From positions 1 through 40,801 of the forward strand of contig DXJV01000075.1 of NCBI GenBank assembly GCA_019056785.1: a stretch of DNA of 40,801 bases. Direction: 5' to 3'. The notes under the pieces were generated by a model. The model was not told the DNA's origin and searched no databases. It saw only the letters and a list, made by a program, of their open reading frames with translations. Below are positions 37,359-40,801 of this stretch, one piece after another. The DNA is from Candidatus Heimdallarchaeota archaeon. GTDB taxonomy: Archaea > Asgardarchaeota > Heimdallarchaeia > JABLTI01. A program made the position numbers and the translations under genes. Position 1 is the stretch's first letter. Every line of letters starts with the position of its first letter.

Positions 37359-39191
37359 TCATTTTTTCTTAAAAGGCACCTCGACTGGTATTACCCCCTG
37401 TAAAGGCAATTCTTGTAAACAGCTTGGGCACTTGCCTTGAGTTTTTACCCATTCTTCAAGATGATGGAGATGGCCTTTTGCCTCACACAGGCTACATTGT
37501 CCAATGAGCTCGCCAAAGGAGATGGGGAGCTTGCAAACATTGCATTTTAAAAGTTCTTTCCCACAAGCCGAGCAAATTGGACTCTCAGGCTGTTCGATGG
37601 GCATGCCACAATAATAACAGGTTGAATATTGCACTTTTAGATTATTAATTAAGACATCAGTATTTTCCTTTCGAATAAAGACCTGCTCTAATTCTAAGTA
37701 TTCACCAACAGAAGGATTCTCACTGATTAGGTTTTTTAATAAAACTTCCATTTTCTCTTCTGGAAAATCAACAAACTTTGCGATCCTCGGAAGAGTAATT
37801 GGAATGTTTGGCCTTACTTGTGAAAGTAACTCTAAAATTTTGGGAAAAACTTTATCCTTATTTCTATGGAAGTTAACCTCCTGTTCGATCTTTCTTTGAT
37901 CAAATGGTATCTTTAGCCAATGATGAGCCTGTTCGAGTTTTTTCAAAACTCTTTCATCCAACCCATTTTTCACTAAAAAATCCAGTAAAACATCTCTTGC
38001 TTCTTCAAGCTTGTTTAATTCTTTAAGAAAATTATAAACATGATCGACGGTTTCATAGCTACGAGGTCCCAACTTGACTAATTTTTGGCAATAATAATAG
38101 GCTTGTTCTAGATCTCGTTTCCACACTTTTTCGGAAGGTCCCCCCACAATTAGAATGGAAGTTTTATAAAGGGCCATTAATTTGAGCAACCAACGTTCAT
38201 TATTAGGTTCTAAATCATGTAACATTTTATAATATTGCACCGCAAGAGCATAATTTTTCAATTCAACCCAAATTGTAGCAAGTTCAGACAAAGCTTCTTT
38301 TTGTTCTGGCATTTCTTCAATGATTTTTTGGAGCGTTCCAATTTGAGCCTTCTTGTTTTTAATCTTCCCAAACGCAGCCGCAAGCTTAAAACGAGCTTTA
38401 AGAAAGGTGGGGTTTATTTTAAGACAACGAAGGAAGAAGGGGATTGCAGCATGAAAGTCTCTGTAAAAATAACTCAAAATTAACCCGCGAACATAAAGAA
38501 GGATGTAGTTTTGCTTTTCTTTTTTCAGCAGCAAATTAATTAGTAATTCGACGTCATGCATATAGTTCACACCAAAGGCTTCTTTATTTGTACCTCTTGG
38601 AATATCAAAGCCAAAAAACTCGATGCCCTTTAGAAGAGTCATTATTGCTTCGCTCAAATTATTGAGGTGATAATAAAGAAGACTTAAACGCACCCACCCG
38701 TAAAAGAAATCCTTTTTTAAGGCGACTGCTTTTTTCCAACCAACCAAAGCGCAATCTGTTTTTTTCACCACCTCGAGTAAAAGACTAATATCTGCAAGAA
38801 AAAGATGATTGGACAGGCTAGCAAGATAATCAGTTAAACCCCCAAATAAGGAACCAATGGTTTGCAGATACTGTTCAATGAGTTTCTTATCAGTATACCA
38901 AGTGGTTAGAACAACCCGAGTAAATCGGGGAAAATATTTGAGTATATCCTTTCCGATTTTTTTCATCACGATTAATACACTAGTACGTTGTTTGCTTTTT
39001 ATTGTAGGATCAGAGAGAGCCTTTAACAGGATATTAGGAAGCTCGTCACTTTTGAAAAGTAAACCATTAATAACCCAACCATCTACTATCTTCGAAACAA
39101 CACAAGAATGATCATTTTTTATCTGAAAAAGATGTTCAAGCTTAGTCTTCAATTTTCCCACCAAAAGAAAATCCATAAACCACAAAAACAA
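37359..39191 (-). CDS. TPR-repeat protein with PCI-like winged helix and C-terminal zinc-ribbon + RING-like domain (putative E3 ligase)
   Basis: TPR units (AAIPFFLRCLKINPTFLKARFKLA, AVQYYKMLHDLEPNN); ITLPRIAKFV; same Cys/His module as 28094-30157. Confidence 0.85.
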   Translation of the reverse strand: MFLWFMDFLLVGKLKTKLEHLFQIKNDHSCVVSKIVDGWVINGLLFKSDELPNILLKALSDPTIKSKQRTSVLIVMKKIGKDILKYFPRFTRVVLTTWYTDKKLIEQYLQTIGSLFGGLTDYLASLSNHLFLADISLLLEVVKKTDCALVGWKKAVALKKDFFYGWVRLSLLYYHLNNLSEAIMTLLKGIEFFGFDIPRGTNKEAFGVNYMHDVELLINLLLKKEKQNYILLYVRGLILSYFYRDFHAAIPFFLRCLKINPTFLKARFKLAAAFGKIKNKKAQIGTLQKIIEEMPEQKEALSELATIWVELKNYALAVQYYKMLHDLEPNNERWLLKLMALYKTSILIVGGPSEKVWKRDLEQAYYYCQKLVKLGPRSYETVDHVYNFLKELNKLEEARDVLLDFLVKNGLDERVLKKLEQAHHWLKIPFDQRKIEQEVNFHRNKDKVFPKILELLSQVRPNIPITLPRIAKFVDFPEEKMEVLLKNLISENPSVGEYLELEQVFIRKENTDVLINNLKVQYSTCYYCGMPIEQPESPICSACGKELLKCNVCKLPISFGELIGQCSLCEAKGHLHHLEEWVKTQGKCPSCLQELPLQGVIPVEVPFKKK

Positions 39192-39415
39192 TAATTGAGA
39201 AACTATAAAAAGATTTCATTAAAAAAGAGCAAGTTTGAAACGACCAATAACCTATTTTAAATCGAAAAAGAAAAGGATCCGAAAAAGAGTTTTAAACCAT
39301 ACTTACTCTCCAATCGAAAACTATTGTTGAATATTATCAGTTTTTCTTTATCACAAGAGCGGTTTTGAGAAAACAATAAATATTAAAATGAATAAATTTA
39401 ATATGGTGAGCGTTT

Positions 39416-39715
39416 ATGCCCGTTACAATAACAACAAGAGTGGAAGATAAACTTGCAAAACTGATTGATAAAATTGCTCGAGAAGAAGGAATGGACAGGT
39501 CAACGGTGATTAGAAGATTTCTCATCAGTTCAACTAAAGAATGGCAAATAGAAAAGTTTCTTAGAAAATACGAAGAGGGGGCGATAACCTTGTGGCAAGC
39601 AGCGGAGAAATGTGAATTATCATTATGGGAAATGATTGCTGAAGTGAAAAAAAGGGGAGTCAAAGTACCCTATACAATTGAAGAGCTGCAAGAAGATTTG
39701 AAGGGATTAGTATGA
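39416..39715 (+). CDS. Antitoxin: RHH/CopG + UPF0175 domain
   Basis: TITTRV...IDKIAREEGMDRSTVIRRFL; YEEGAITLWQAAE...V.YTIEELQEDL. Confidence 0.88.
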   Translation: MPVTITTRVEDKLAKLIDKIAREEGMDRSTVIRRFLISSTKEWQIEKFLRKYEEGAITLWQAAEKCELSLWEMIAEVKKRGVKVPYTIEELQEDLKGLV

Positions 39716-40215
39716 GCGTCGTAACAAACGCAACCCCACTAATCTATCTAACAAAAATTGGAAAACTTCTCTTACTAAAACGAATTTTCGGTTCAGTGAT
39801 CATTCCAGAAGAAGTTAGAAAAGAATTAGTTGATAAAGGAAAGAAACTTGGAAAGCCGGATGCTTTTATTATAGAACAAGCCATAGAAGAAGGATGGCTA
39901 AAGGTCGAAATAGCAAAGAAGCTTTCCCTTCCAATGAAATTGCACGCCGGTGAAGAAGCAGTAATAGCAATAGCAAAGGAAAAGAAAGTCAAGAAAGTAA
40001 TTATAGATGAAATTGCAGCTCGAACTGCAGCAAAAATTATGGGACTAACACCAAAAGGAACGATATATATTCTACTGAAAGCATTAGCCATAAAAGAAAT
40101 CACACTTGAAGAATTCATAGATCTATTAGCAAAACTCCTGGAAGTGGGATTCAGGTTAAAAGAAGAAATTTATCTTGAAGCAATTAAAAAAGCTAAAGAA
40201 ATTGCTAGAACATAG
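39712..40215 (+). CDS. PIN-domain toxin, DUF3368/VapC-like
   Basis: VVTNATPLIYL, IPEEVRKEL, LHAGEEAVIAIA, IIDEIAAR, GTIYIL, GFRL; ATGA overlap with the antitoxin. Confidence 0.9.
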   Translation: MSVVTNATPLIYLTKIGKLLLLKRIFGSVIIPEEVRKELVDKGKKLGKPDAFIIEQAIEEGWLKVEIAKKLSLPMKLHAGEEAVIAIAKEKKVKKVIIDEIAARTAAKIMGLTPKGTIYILLKALAIKEITLEEFIDLLAKLLEVGFRLKEEIYLEAIKKAKEIART

Positions 40216-40374
40216 GGATAAAAGGGAAAAAGAAGAGTAAAAAAAACTCAATAAAGAACCTTCTACGTTTGATTTGGGTTCATGGGCTTATTCTTTAAAA
40301 CAACAGGAGCTCTGTTTTATTGTAGAAGAAACAATAAAAAAGGCATTTCACCCCCTAGAAATTGTTGAAATGAA

Positions 40375-40587
40375 ATGAGTGAATTCATCCCCGGTTTAGA
40401 ATTGAACAGGCGTTTCTATAATGAAATTGTAAAACCAATTCTTAAAAAGAACTATCCTAATCTATCTTACTCGGTTGCCAGAATAGGATTTGGGTCGGAT
40501 GTACTCGGTTTTGATACGGAACGTTCTACTGATCATGATTGGGGTCCAAGGTTAGAGCTCTTCCTTGAAAAGAAAGAGTATGAGTAG
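40375..40587 (+). pseudogene. N-terminal fragment of a DUF4037-type nucleotidyltransferase-fold protein
   Basis: GLEL..FY, IGFGSDVLGFDTERSTDHDWGPRLELFL; only 70 aa, whereas the family normally runs to several hundred residues. Confidence 0.7.
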
Positions 40588-40789
40588 CCTCATCTTTGTT
40601 TTTCAACCATGGAAAGTTGGCTTCATAAGTCATTGCGTAGATTTTTGGAAGCATAGAATGCATCGCAGAAAGGCAGAGCTTACCTTTAACTTCACCCTCT
40701 TCGAAAATAATTCTATCCCCGATTTTATGACCAGCTGCGCAAGTGCCTTTTTGGGAAATGACTTCAACAACAATTCTTTTGTAGGGCAT
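40526..40789 (-). pseudogene. TIGR04076-like protein, C-terminally truncated
   Basis: VISQKGTCAAGHKIGD, LCLSAMHSMLP, FPW; lacks the expected CPD motif and runs into the antisense strand of the opposing fragment. Confidence 0.65.
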
Positions 40790-40801
40790 AAAACATCACA
40801 A

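Noticed and set aside
792-40118. Numerous 60-150 aa antisense or alternate-frame ORFs in the track (e.g. 7014-7442, 16283-16738, 28112-28531, 39744-40118)
   Set aside because: They overlap well-supported genes and have shadow-ORF composition without motifs.
36400-40801. Provirus or integrative element
   Set aside because: TA modules are present, but no integrase, transposase, att repeats or virion genes were seen.

Overview
AT-rich, gene-dense archaeal chromosomal window, most likely from an Asgard archaeon (probably Heimdallarchaeia-like; this is inference from gene content). Archaeal markers: the rpl7ae-rps28e-rpl24e operon, type-2 IPP isomerase, a 7S SRP RNA (10244-10550, -), NcsA, a Trm5-like methyltransferase and a class III signal-peptide pilin. 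Eukaryote-signature-type genes: a Rab-like and an Arf-like GTPase, an Rpn11-like JAMM protease, longin/DENN-like proteins and two solenoid-PCI-RING proteins. Best candidates for new biology: (1) A threonine-synthase-fold protein that has lost its PLP Schiff-base lysine (NPTGSFLDR) and is fused to a PadR-type winged helix. It is divergent from pdxS-pdxT, and an inverted repeat covers the predicted pdxS transcription start, so it is a candidate vitamin-B6-sensing repressor with operator. (2) A three-gene operon encoding a uDENN/longin-like protein with a candidate arginine finger, an Arf-like GTPase and a 7-TM membrane protein. (3) A serine-palmitoyltransferase-like enzyme in an archaeon. (4) Two proteins with unrelated HEAT or TPR N-termini that share a PCI-like + Zn-ribbon + RING module. 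(5) A tail-anchored JAMM protease. The last 10 kb carry toxin-antitoxin modules and several broken genes. An 80-bp element with perfect 16-bp terminal inverted repeats lies at 19473-19552. No rRNA, tRNA, CRISPR array or transposase was recognised. All family calls come from motif recognition by eye; no searches were run.
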